From Octopus vulgaris (taxonomy: Eukaryota), in NCBI GenBank assembly GCA_951406725.2, contig OX597831.1, positions 72,540,001-72,604,000 on the forward strand: a DNA stretch of 64,000 nt. The letters run 5' to 3'. Positions 24,887 through 36,954 of the stretch are shown here, piece after piece; position 1 is the first letter of the stretch, and each line of letters opens with the position of its first letter. Both the position numbers and the translations under genes were made by a program. Under the pieces are notes generated by a model. It was not told the origin of the DNA. It did no database searches and worked only from the letters and a program-made list of their open reading frames with translations.

Positions 24887-26482
24887 AATCCCAGCAATAT
24901 TTCGGCTCTTCAATTTAGGTGTGATCGATGCGGGTTCAGTCTAATTTGAGCATCCGTGACGATTTACGGGAGAGGTGAGGTGAATAAAAAGATTTTAATC
25001 AAAAAATATTCTTGGCATAATCGTACGAGAGAGTTTGTAGAACACAAATTCAGAAGAATTTTCCGAAACTACCCAAAACTAAAAACAGTCACGACTGGTT
25101 ACATGGTGTGCTTTGATCCAGAAATGATAATAGGCTGTACGCATGCGCGAGGATTTTTTTTTTTTTTTATAAAAACGCTTCTTGAATTTGGATTTCGAAT
25201 GATTTCAAAAATTATTTTAAAATTATAAGCAGACACAAACGGCGGTTTGGGACTGTCCGTTCTTTAAAACTATGATAAAGAAATTTTTGTTTTAATGATT
25301 GATTTCAAACCGGTAAAAATAGTTGGTCAAAATTTCTATTTTTTTTAAGCTCCTCCACCCTTCCCCTTCCTCCTCCTCCTCCACTTCATCTTATTCCTCC
25401 CTCTGGCCGTAACTTTTCATTTTTGACCTTTTACATCATTCTTTCAGAATCGTTTCAAATAGCAAAGATATTGATGACACAAAAATGTTTTCCCCGACTC
25501 TCCACTGTTTCGAAAGATGCATCAAGCTGTGACCTGTTAAGATGTATGACTTAAGGTTTTTAGGTTTTGCTTTAGGGCAAGGTTCGGCGAACCGGGGTAA
25601 ATTACCCGAAGTGGAGTAAAAATGAAATTCTTTGTGGGTAATAAGGACTCATTAGACATAAATAAAGTTATATAATAAAAAACGTGTTCCTTGTTAGGGC
25701 AGAAATTTTTTTCTCGCACGAGGAGGCAGTCATATGTGTACGTTGCTGCTTTTGTAGTTCCTGCCGAAGAGTGTATCCTTTAGCTCATGTACTCGTGTAT
25801 CCTTGGTGCTTGTATCAGATACTATAGTACAAATCCTTTTTGCCAGGTTTTAAGATTATGCTTTAGGTCAAGGGTCAGCATGAGTAAGTAGTCAAAAATT
25901 GCTGCTTTTGGCAATAATTTGCAAGGATTTGGGATACAGTTTTCGGGGTCCAATCGATTACTCTGCTTTGTTATTCTGAACATAAAATCGAAGAAGAGTA
26001 ATCGATTGGACCCCGAAAACTGTATCCAAATTTCTCGGGAATCAAAATGCCCCAATTATGATTTCATTGTAACAAAATGAAACATCATTTCTCCAAAACG
26101 TGAAGTTTCTAGAAAAATCCTTTTCTTTCATAATGAGGATATTAATTTATTTTATCACATTTGTTTTATAATTTTTATATTATAAATACAGTCCCAAACT
26201 GCCGTTTGTGTCTGCTTATAATTTTAAAATAATTTTTGAAATCATTCGAAATCCAAATTCAAGAAGCGTTTTTATAAAAAAAAAAAAAATCCTTGGCTAT
26301 TTTAAGAAAATTCTTCTGAATTTGTGTTCTACAAACTCTCTCGTACGATTATGCCAAGAATATTTTTTGATTAAAATTTTTTCATCCACCTCACCTCTCC
26401 CGTAAATCGTCACGGATGCTCAAATTAGACTGAACCCGCATCGATCACACCTAAATTGGAGAGCCGAAATATTGCTGGGATT
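24887..26482. repeat. Inverted repeat, arms 24887-25256 and 26188-26482
   Basis: Near-identical reverse complements except about 85 bp extra in the left arm; right arm flanked by a 37-bp direct duplication. Confidence 0.9.
25932..26027. repeat. Perfect 33-bp hairpin with 30-nt loop (MITE-like, TA-CAG...CTG-TA)
   Basis: ggatacagttttcggggtccaatcgattactct and its exact reverse complement. Confidence 0.9.
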
Positions 26483-26712
26483 ATTTATTTTATCACATTT
26501 GTTTTATAATTTTTATATTTATAATATTTTATATTGATAATTGTATTTTCCATATAAACAGATCCAATAAACCTTTTGAATTCCAAGGGTTATGATATAG
26601 GTTTAAGGTTAGGCTTAGCATTTACGATTAGAGATTAAGTTAAATGAAGAAGGGGTGTATGTGTGGAGGGGATCCGAAGCAGTATTGATAAAGTAAAAAA
26701 GAATAAATATGC

Positions 26713-26777
<65 letters not shown>

Positions 26778-26922
26778 CGAGTGCTTTTCAGTGCCTTGTC
26801 GTTGTTGATATTGTCCTTCGTTGTTGCTTTTTCTCTTCCATTTACTATCACTTCTTTCTCAAATTTATTTCCCTGGGGAATTTTTGACCAGTCTCTTTGA
26901 CTCGTCTGCTTTGTCAAACGTA

Positions 26923-27333
26923 TTCTTTTACTCTTTTACTCTTTTACTTGTTTCAGTCATTTGACTGCAGCCATGCTGGAGCACCGCCTTTTAATCGAGC
27001 AACTCGACCCCGGGACTTATTCTTTTGTAAGCCCAGTACTTATTCTATCGGTCTCTTTTTGCCGAACCGCTAAGTTACGGGGGACGTAAACACACCAGCA
27101 TCGGTTGTCGAGCAATGCTAGGGGAACAAACACAGACACACAAACACACACACATACATATATATACATATATACGACAGGCTTCTTTCAGTTTCCGTCC
27201 ACCAAATCCACTCACAAGGCATTGGTCGGCCCGGGGTTATAGCAGAAGACACTTGCCCAAGGTGCCACGCAGTGGGACTGAACCCGGAACAATATGGTTG
27301 GTTAGCAAGCTACTTACCACACAGCCACTCCTG
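26923..27333 (-). mobile_element. SINE family A
   Basis: Reverse complement of the consensus. Confidence 0.9.
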
Positions 27334-27478
27334 CGGAAGATTTTGTGGAAGATTTTTGCAAACTGTATTTTCTAAATCTGGAGGTAGTGCCGTCCGGTAG
27401 AATCTTTTAACGACGGGCGTGATAAGAGTAAACATTCTCAGTTTTGTATAGGTAGGGTTAATGACGTACGTAACCTGT

Positions 27479-27582
27479 GTTGCATACCAAGGCATTTCCG
27501 ACAAAGAACACGGTGGACAAAGAACACCATTGTGTTGAATTAGCCCACCGTGTTCTGTGTCAGAAATACCTTGGCATGCAAC
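27479..27582. repeat. 38-bp imperfect hairpin with 28-nt loop
   Basis: gttgcataccaaggcatttccgacaaagaacacggtgg versus ccaccgtgttctgtgtcagaaataccttggcatgcaac, 4 mismatches. Confidence 0.85.
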
Positions 27583-28018
27583 AACAGGTGCTCACGACCC
27601 TGGAACAAGTTGGAGGAAAAAAAAAGTTGCTATTCAAAAGCTCGGCGTGGTAGTTCTACCGCACCTACCGGGTAATCTTTTTCTTGGTTGCCACCCATTA
27701 GTCTTCGAGGCGTTTCACCAACGCCGTAGAGCTGAAAAAGTAACTCGATGAACTCTTCTAGTTAAGAGCCGATGATTCCAATCACCGACGCTCGCCGAAA
27801 GTTGGCAAGAAGTCACGAACAACTGAGGAGAGTATTCTGGCTTCGAATTTTGGCACGAGGTCAACAGGTTAGGTGCGGGTGGGAGGGGCAGATGGTAAGT
27901 CGATTACATCGGTCCCAACGCTCAAATGGTACTTATTTCATCGACCCCTAAAGGCTGTGATTTGTTTAAATATGTGCGTGCGTGTGTATGTGCACGCATC
28001 ATGCGCATTATTATCCGT

Positions 28019-28049
<31 letters not shown>

Positions 28050-28066
28050 CCGCTTTCCATCTCTCT

Positions 28067-28097
<31 letters not shown>

Positions 28098-28149
28098 CAC
28101 ACACATATATATAAATATATACATATATATGTACACATATATACATGTA

Positions 28150-28198
<49 letters not shown>

Positions 28199-28227
28199 GT
28201 ATATATACATACACGCAATATATATAT

Positions 28228-28281
<54 letters not shown>

Positions 28282-28286
<5 letters not shown>

Positions 28287-29225
28287 TTCTTATATCTATT
28301 TATTTAGTTTTTTTAAATATATATATTTATATATAAAGGGATCTAACGTATTACATTTTAATTTGAGAACTAATTTCCTTAGACAATATATTATTTAATT
28401 ATTAGGTGGCATATTTATTATGTAATATTAAATTTTAAGTTAATTAGGTATTATATTAATTGATATTTAGTCAACTATGTTATAGATTGATATATTAAAT
28501 CTGTAGATACTACACATGTATATTAATTATACAGTTAGCTTTATTTAATGAGTTTGTCTATATTTGAACCATTTCTTATTTTGATTACAATTTAATGACT
28601 TGTACTAGCATTGTGTATTTTAATTAATCTTAAAGTATTTAATAATTTAAGTATTGTTTTAGTTTTCACTTATGTATATTTAGTATTTATATATAAGCGT
28701 GTAAACATGCCCTGGCAAAACCCCTCAAGATTCTCTTCCAGAGCTTTCTTACAAATGGCAAACTGCCAAGCAAGCTGAAGGAGGGAATAATATGCCCAAT
28801 ACATAAAGGGGGAAGTAGAGAAGATGCCAAAAACTATAGGCCTATCTCTCTGACTTCACACATCAGCAAAGTCATGGAACGGATAGTCAGAGGGAAACTA
28901 ATCGCATTCCTTGAAAAAAAAATAACTTGCTAAGTGATACCCAACATGGTTTTCGACCAGGTAGGAGCTACCAGACCCAGCTCTTACAACATTATGACTG
29001 GGTGTTGAGGCAGTTACTCAACAAATCAAATGTGGATGTAATATACGTTGATTTTGCAAAAGCTTTTGACAAGGTGGATCATGGTATGATATGCCACAAA
29101 CTGCGTAACCTCGGTATAGCTGGAAAACTTGGAGTGTGGTTACATGACTTCCTGAAAGATAGGAGTCAGGCAGTAGTGGCTAATGGAGCCACCTCTATGA
29201 ACACACAAATACATACATACATACA

Positions 29226-29256
<31 letters not shown>

Positions 29257-29815
29257 CCATCCAATACATCGACACAGTTTAATGAAATTATTTTGGTGAC
29301 CGATTCCAGAAAACTTAAATTCATTGAAATATCGAACAGCTCTCTTTTAGACTCTTTTGTTGTAGACAAAGCAGTGCTTGTGTTCTTTGTTAAGCCCTCA
29401 TGACTTCCTGGGGTGTGGTTTCTATAACTGTTTGTTCAATATTTTTTACATATTTGCGTGACGGTTATTATTATTTCTGCAGAATTATATACTTAGCGTG
29501 TTACTTAGCACCGAGTAACATAACGTAGGTTGATTTTTGATGAAAGAGATTTACAATCCGTGACATTTACTCTTTTCATGCGTATTTGCGAAAATACAGA
29601 TTATTTTATCGCAATGTATAATTTCCTTTCTTTTATCTAAATATTGTAGTTTTCTATTAAGATGATCGGCGTGCTTTTATTTCTTTCGTTTGCTGTGGTC
29701 TGTCCAGTTTGTTTGTTATGAGAATGTATTGGAGCTGTTGCTGCATATTATAGAAACGGGAATGTTTGTCACGTGTTCGAATATGCCCCAAGTATATTTG
29801 AATTCGTAATAACCT
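28282..29815. repeat. ~1.55-kb segment duplicated at 33331-34892
   Basis: Near-identical direct copy with a few substitutions and a different (TACA)n length. Confidence 0.95.
28709..29207 (+). mobile_element. CR1/L2-like LINE RT fragment (copy at about 33758-34256)
   Basis: NYRPISLTSH, QHGFRPGRS, VDVIYVDFAKAFDKVDHG. Confidence 0.85.
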
Positions 29816-29839
29816 CGGATATATACATATCACTGGTAG

Positions 29840-30005
29840 TTACGTTCTGAGTTCAAATTCCGCCGAGGTCAACTTTGCCTTTCATCCTTTCGGGGTCGAT
29901 AAATAAAGTACCAGTTTCGCACTGGGGACGATATAATCGACTTAATCCCTTCGTCTGTCCTTGTTTTTCCCCTCTATGTTTAGCCCCTTGTGGGCAGTAA
30001 AGAAA
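29840..30005 (+). mobile_element. SINE family B fragment
   Basis: gagttcaaattccgccgaggtc...cagtaaagaaat. Confidence 0.8.
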
Positions 30006-30041
30006 TATATATACATATCACTGCTTAGCGCTGCAGTCCCG

Positions 30042-30121
<80 letters not shown>

Positions 30122-32117
30122 CAAAATAAGCAACAAGGATAACCAAAGGTAATGCAGTACGATTGTTTCATGCAACTCCATTTCATTGAACAATAGAATC
30201 ATTAAATCAATTTAAAATGCAGAGCAATCCTCAGCTGCACAAAGACATAGAGTTTAATTAAATTAGAACAGATGGACACATTAGTATAATTATACCTAAA
30301 ATCTCCAAGAAGTTAAGGAGATAGACAAAGAACATGGTGTCTCGCTCCAGCATAGAAGTTACTGCTTTTCAAGAAGATATACATTGTTACAGACTTTCCC
30401 TGTCACTGAATTTTTTTTGTTGTTTTTATAGGGTCAGTTTTAATTTATAGACTAGTTTATCAAAGCCTTGCATATCTAAGGCTGAGAGAACAGAGGGACA
30501 GTATCTGTTGGGGGTAGGGCTGAGGGAGCAGATAGACATCATAGTTGGTATAGTCATAAAAATCAAGATTTATTATAAGCAATATCATGACGTTTGGTAA
30601 AGGAAAACTTAAAACAAGATGTTAGCTGACAATTAAGGGTGTAGCCCACTAGCAGATCATTGATGATAAAATAGGGGAAATCTTATCATGAGGTACTATA
30701 GTCAAATATTTTAAACAATGTTGCTATATTGCATACAGAGGATTATTAAGAAGAATATTATAACAAAAGGATAGAAATTTATGAATACTTTTGAGTATAT
30801 ACCAAACTTTTACCACAAGAGAGGGAGGAAAAGAAATTATCCAGAATTAGTTTAATATTTATACATATTGTACACTTAAATACTAACTCATCAGATGGTA
30901 TCTGTGAATATTGATTAATTGGTATATACTGGTATTAATAAAGGAGTATTGAGGTAAAGGTACATGCTAATTATATATTGATAAAATTATAATCAAAGCA
31001 GTTTTTTTATAAGTAGTGAATATTCCAGTATGGTTTTATATAAGCTAAGTATGAATTTATAGAGATAAAAAAATTAGATTAATTTTATAAATAAATAAAA
31101 GCTAATTATAAAATAATAAAGAAATAAAATAAAATAATCAAGTAGGGCAGAACATCATAGAAAAGGAAATAAAATGGCTTAATTACTAATACTATGGTAA
31201 AGTATATGTAGCTTATTAACACCATTAGAGAAGATTTTTAGAAAAAGTAAAATAATTCAAAATATATTAGACTAAAATTTATATATTTACTTATTTAGCT
31301 AATATTAATAAAAGACTGATGTCTGGTATATATAAAGGAATATCTAAGTTATGGAACAATCATATTTTACACTAATCTTTTTTTTTAAAATTAAGTGTTA
31401 TATTAAGAGTTTAAGGGTTTAAGAAGTTATTATTGTTACTCCCTGCACGATATTTATAGTTTCTTAGTGGTACTTGTTTAGAAGGGTTATTTCTATAAAG
31501 GCCCTTATAAATACTAAGTTCAGGAGGGTAGAGCCATTTAAGAAAGGGATAAATCAAGTAATTTCTAAAGATCATTTCAAACAATATTGTCTTATTGTAT
31601 AAAGTTAAAATTTAGGGTAATCAAGAAGATTATTAAGAATGAAATTTTAACAAAAGGATAAAACTTCTTTGAATATTTTGAGTATTTACCAAATTTTTAC
31701 CACAAAAGAGGGAGGAAAAGAAAATTGCAAAGAAATAGTTTAATATTTATTTACTAATTATTTATCTAAATACTAACTTATTGTATGGTTACCATGGAGA
31801 TTGATCAAATTGGATTTAACTGGAATTTAATAAGGGAGCAACTGAGGTTAAAGAACATGTTAACTATATATTGATTTAATTAAATTGAACTATTTTAAAT
31901 TGTCAAAATACCGGTATTACCTTATGAGTACGAATTAATAGGGGTACAAAGATAAGATTTATTTAAAGCTACTATGAAATAATAAATTCAATTGATCAAT
32001 CTCCATAGAAGCCATAAAAGTTACTATTTAGATAAATAGTAGGTTTTAAAAAAATATCAAATATTAAATATTAATATTAAAATATTAAACTATTTCTTTG
32101 TAATTTTCTTTTCTTCA

Positions 32118-32319
32118 CTGGTGTTGATGTGGAAGTTTTCAAGGAACGTCTGGACAGGTTTCTATCTGAGATACCAGATGAACTCACATTGTGGCAGGAT
32201 ACGCAAACAAGAGCAGCTCCATCCCCCTGGCTACTTCAACAAAAACAATATCAAAACACCACCGAGTAACTACAGGTGGTGCACCAGCATGACCTCAGCC
32301 CTGGGCTGAAACCAATAAA

Positions 32320-32322
<3 letters not shown>
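32118..32322 (+). mobile_element. CR1-like LINE 3' end
   Basis: VDVEVFKERLDRFLSEIPDE..RAA followed by a stem-loop, aataaa and (TA)n. Confidence 0.65.
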
Positions 32323-32372
<50 letters not shown>

Positions 32373-32749
32373 TCGATATTGTTTTTGTTGAAGTAGCCAG
32401 GGGGATGGAGCTGCTCTTGTTTGCGTATCCTGCCACAATGTGAGTTCATCTGGTATCTCAGATAGAAACCTGTCCAGACGTTCCTTGAAAACTTCCACAT
32501 CAACACCAGTGAAGAAAAGAAAATTACAAAGAAATAGTTTAATATTTTAATATTAATATTTAATATTTGATATTTTTTAAAACCTACTATTTACCTAAAT
32601 AGTAACTTTTATGGCTTCTATGGAGATTGATCAATTGAATTTATTATTTCATAGTAGCTTTAAATAAATCTTATCTTTGTACCACACATATATATAATAC
32701 ACACACATATATATAAATATATACATATATATGTACACATATATACATG

Positions 32750-32782
<33 letters not shown>

Positions 32783-33002
32783 ATAAAATAAATATATATA
32801 TATATATCACTCTAGCACCAGTTTAGGTTACACGAAAATATGTTTATGGGAAACATGTATATATAACATACATGACCACTCTCTTATATTTATTTTGTAA
32901 AAATATTATAATATGTTATAAAATATTATATAATCCAGGTTTCTCGTAGCACTACACTTGGTGTGGAATAAATATACTATTAAATTAGTATCTAATTCTC
33001 TC

Positions 33003-33048
<46 letters not shown>

Positions 33049-33067
33049 ATGCAATATATATATATAT

Positions 33068-33113
<46 letters not shown>

Positions 33114-33152
33114 GTATATATACATACATGCAATATATATAACACACACACA

Positions 33153-33195
<43 letters not shown>

Positions 33196-33212
33196 TACAT
33201 ACACATATATAT

Positions 33213-33271
<59 letters not shown>

Positions 33272-33292
33272 TCATACATGCAATATATATAT

Positions 33293-33330
<38 letters not shown>

Positions 33331-33335
<5 letters not shown>

Positions 33336-34302
33336 TTCTTATATCTATTTATTTAGTTTTTTTAAATATATATATTTATATATAAAGGGATCTAACGTAT
33401 TACATTTTAATTTGAGAACTAATTTCCTTAGACAATATATTATTTAATTATTAGGTGGCATATTTATTATGTAATATTAAATTTTAAGTTAATTAGGTAT
33501 TATATTAATTGATATTTAGTCAACTATGTTATAGATTGATATATTAAATCTGTAGATACTACACATGTATATTAATTATACAGTTAGCTTTATTTAATGA
33601 GTTTGTCTATATTTGAACCATTTCTTATTTTGATTACAATTTAATGACTTGTACTAGCATTGTGTATTTTAATTAATCTTAAAGTATTTAATAATTTAAG
33701 TATTGTTTTAGTTTTCACTTATGTATATTTAGTATTTATATATAAGCGTGTAAACATGCCCTGGCAAAACCCCTCAAGATTCTCTTCCAGAGCTTTCTTA
33801 CAAATGGCAAACTGCCAAGCAAGCTGAAGGAGGGAATAATATGCCCAATACATAAAGGGGGAAGTAGAGAAGATGCCAAAAACTATAGGCCTATCTCTCT
33901 GACTTCACACATCAGCAAAGTCATGGAACGGATAGTCAGAGGGAAACTAATTGCATTCCTTGAAAAAAAAATAACTTGCTAAGTGATACCCAACATGGTT
34001 TTCGACCAGGTAGGAGCTACCAGACCCAGCTCTTACAACATTATGACTGGGTGTTGAGGCAGTTACTCAACAATTCAAATGTGGATGTAATATACGTTGA
34101 TTTTGCAAAAGCTTTTGACAAGGTGGATCATGGTATGATATGCCACAAACTGCGTAACCTCGGTATAGCTGGAAAACTTGGAGTGTGGTTACATGACTTC
34201 CTGAAAGATAGGAGTCAGGCAGTAGTGGCTAATGGAGCCACCTCTATGAACACACAAATACATACATACATACATACATACATACATACATACATACATA
34301 CA

Positions 34303-34333
<31 letters not shown>

Positions 34334-34892
34334 CCATCCAATACATCGACACAGTTTAATGAAATTATTTTGGTGACCGATTCCAGAAGACTTAAATTCA
34401 TTGAAATATCGAACAGCTCTCTTTTAGACTCTTTTGTTGTAGACAAAGCAGTGCTTGTGTTCTTTGTTAAGCCCTCATGACTTCCTGGGGTGTGGTTTCT
34501 ATAACTGTTTGTTCAATATTTTTTACATATTTGCGTGACGGTTATTATTATTTCTGCAGAATTATATACTTAGCGTGTTACTTAGCACCGAGTAACATAA
34601 CGTAGGTTGATTTTTGATGAAAGAGATTTACAATCCGTGACATTTACTCTTTTCATGCGTATTTGCGAAAATACAGATTATTTTATCGCAATGTATAATT
34701 TCCTTTCTTTTATCTAAATATTGTAGTTTTCTATTAAGATGATCGGCGTGCTTTTATTTCTTTCGTTTGCTGTGGTCTGTCCAGTTTGTTTGTTATGAGA
34801 ATGTATTGGAGCTGTTGCTGCATATTATAGAAACGGGAATGTTTGTCACGTGTTCGAATATGCCCCAAGTATATTTGAATTCGTAATAACCT
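33331..34892. repeat. Second copy of the 28282-29815 segment
   Basis: Direct sequence match. Confidence 0.95.
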
Positions 34893-35379
34893 ATGGAGAT
34901 TGATCAATTGAATTTATTATTTCATAGTAGCTTTAAATAAATCTTATCTTTGTACCCCTATTAATTCGTACTCATAAGGTAATACCGGTATTTTGACAAC
35001 TTAAAATAGTTCAATTTAATTAAATCAATATATAGTTAACATGTTCTTTAACCTCAGTTGCTCCCTTATTAAATTCCAGTTAAATCCAATTTGATCAATC
35101 TCCATGGTAACCATATAATAAGTTAATATTTAGATAAATAATAAGTAAATAAATATTAAACTATTTCTTTGCAATTTTCTTTTCCTCCCTCTTTTGTGGT
35201 AAAAATTTGGTAAATACTCAAAATATTCAAAGAAGTTTTATCCTTTTGTTAAAATTTCATTCTTAATAATCTTCTTGATTACCCTAAATTTTAACTTTAT
35301 GCAATAAGACAATATTGTTTGAAATGATCTTATATATATGTAATGATCTTATATATAGGTAATGATCTTATATATAGGT

Positions 35380-36950
35380 AATGAACGTTACGGAGAGGGT
35401 CATAGCCCAACTGATTAGGGAGAGAGTCAACTTGGATGAGATGCAGTTTGGTTTCGTGCCAGGGAAAAGTACCACTGATGCCATATTTCTGGTGAGACAG
35501 CTGCAGGAGAAATACCTAGCCAAAGATAAGCCCCTGTACCTGGCTTTCGTTGACATGGAGAAAGCCTTCGACAGGGTCCCCCGATCCCTTATCTGGTGGT
35601 CAATGAGGAAACTAGGGATAGATGAATGGCTGGTGAGAGCTGTACAAGCCATGTACAGGTTAGGGTTTGCAACGTGTACACTGAACAATTCAAGGTAGAG
35701 GTTGGGGTCCACCAAGGTTCAGTCCTCAGCCCCCTCCTATTTATCATAGTCCTCCAAGTAATTACGGAGGAATTCAAGACAGGATGCCCCTAGGAGCTCC
35801 TCTATGCTGACGACCTTGCTCTAATTGCTGAGTCACTATCAGAACTGGAGGAGAAGTTTCAGGTGTGGAAGGAGGGATTAGAATCGAGGGGCCTTAGAGT
35901 CAACCTAGCTAAAACCAAAGTCGTAATAAGTAGGAAGGTAGACAAACCACAAATGCCTTCAGGTAGATGGCCCTGCTCGATCTTTAGAAAAGGCGTAGGT
36001 AGAAACTCTATAAGATGTACCCAGTGTAAGCTATGGACATATAAGAGGTGCAGCAATGTCAAAGGAAGGCTAACTGGGAAGATAGTTTTTGTATGTGGCA
36101 GATGCTCAGGGGCAATAAACACTGAAAACAACTTCCGTCACTTTCCAGGGGGAAAAACTAGAAGTAGTTGATAGCTTCCGTTATCTAGGTGACTAAGTCA
36201 GTAGCGGGGGTGGGTGTGCTGAAAGTGTAGCTGCTAGAGTAAGAATAGCCTGGGCAAAGTTCAGAGAGCTCTTACCTCTGCTGGTGACTAAAGGCCTCTC
36301 GCTCAGAGTAAAAGGCAGACTGTATGATGCATGTGTACGAACAGCCATGCTACATGGCAGTGAAACATGGGCCGTGACTGCTGAGGAGATGCGTAAGCTC
36401 GCGAGGAATGAAGCCAGTATGCTCCGATGGATGTGTAATGTCAGTGTTTATACTCGACAGAGTGTAAGTACCTTGAGAGAAAAGTTGGACCTAAGAAGCA
36501 TCAGTTGTGGTGTGCAAGAGAGACGATTGCACTGGTATGGTCATGTGGCGAGAATGGATGAAGATAGGTGTGTGAAAAAGTGCCACACCCAAGCGGTTGA
36601 GGGAACCTGTGGAAGAGGTAGACCCAGGAAGACCTAGGAGGAGGTGGTGAAGCACGACCTTCGAACTTTAGGCCTCACCGAGGCAATGACTAGCGACCGA
36701 GACTTTGGAAATATGCTGTGCGTGAGAAGACCCGGCAGGACAAGTGAGTCCAACCCACTTATGCATGTCTTTCCTCCCTTGGACACACAAAGACCTGTTG
36801 AGGCAAGTGAAGTCGAAATCGAACCTCATCCGACGACAGGCACCTATGCCAACCTCCCTTCATTGGACACTAAACTCTGCTTGCGAAGACCTGTTGGGGC
36901 AAGTGAAATCGAAATCGGAATCGAAATTGAACCAATCCTGACTGGTACCC
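35380..36950 (+). mobile_element. 5'-truncated RTE-clade LINE, copy 1
   Basis: QFGFVPGKSTTDAIF, AFVDMEKAFDRVPR, GVHQGSVLSP, LLYADDL, LHGSETW, RGRPRKT; stops and frameshifts. Confidence 0.9.
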
Positions 36951-36954
36951 GGCT

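Larger units (their letters stand above)
31568..35331. repeat. ~690-bp inverted repeat: left arm 31568-32258, right arm split into 32369-32683 and 34957-35331
   Basis: Near-perfect reverse complements; spacer 32259-32368 includes (TA)n; right arm interrupted by a 2.2-kb insert. Confidence 0.9.

Noticed and set aside
24887-26482. Long-TIR transposon interpretation
   Set aside because: No TSD outside both arms; the duplication flanks only the right arm
28282-28705. Possible mitochondrial control-region NUMT
   Set aside because: Only AT richness; no mitochondrial gene or tRNA motif recognised
32285-32315. Stem-loop followed by GAAAC (also near 58780-58810, minus) resembling a hammerhead half
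   Set aside because: No CUGANGA core or stem I; better explained as a CR1 3' terminal hairpin
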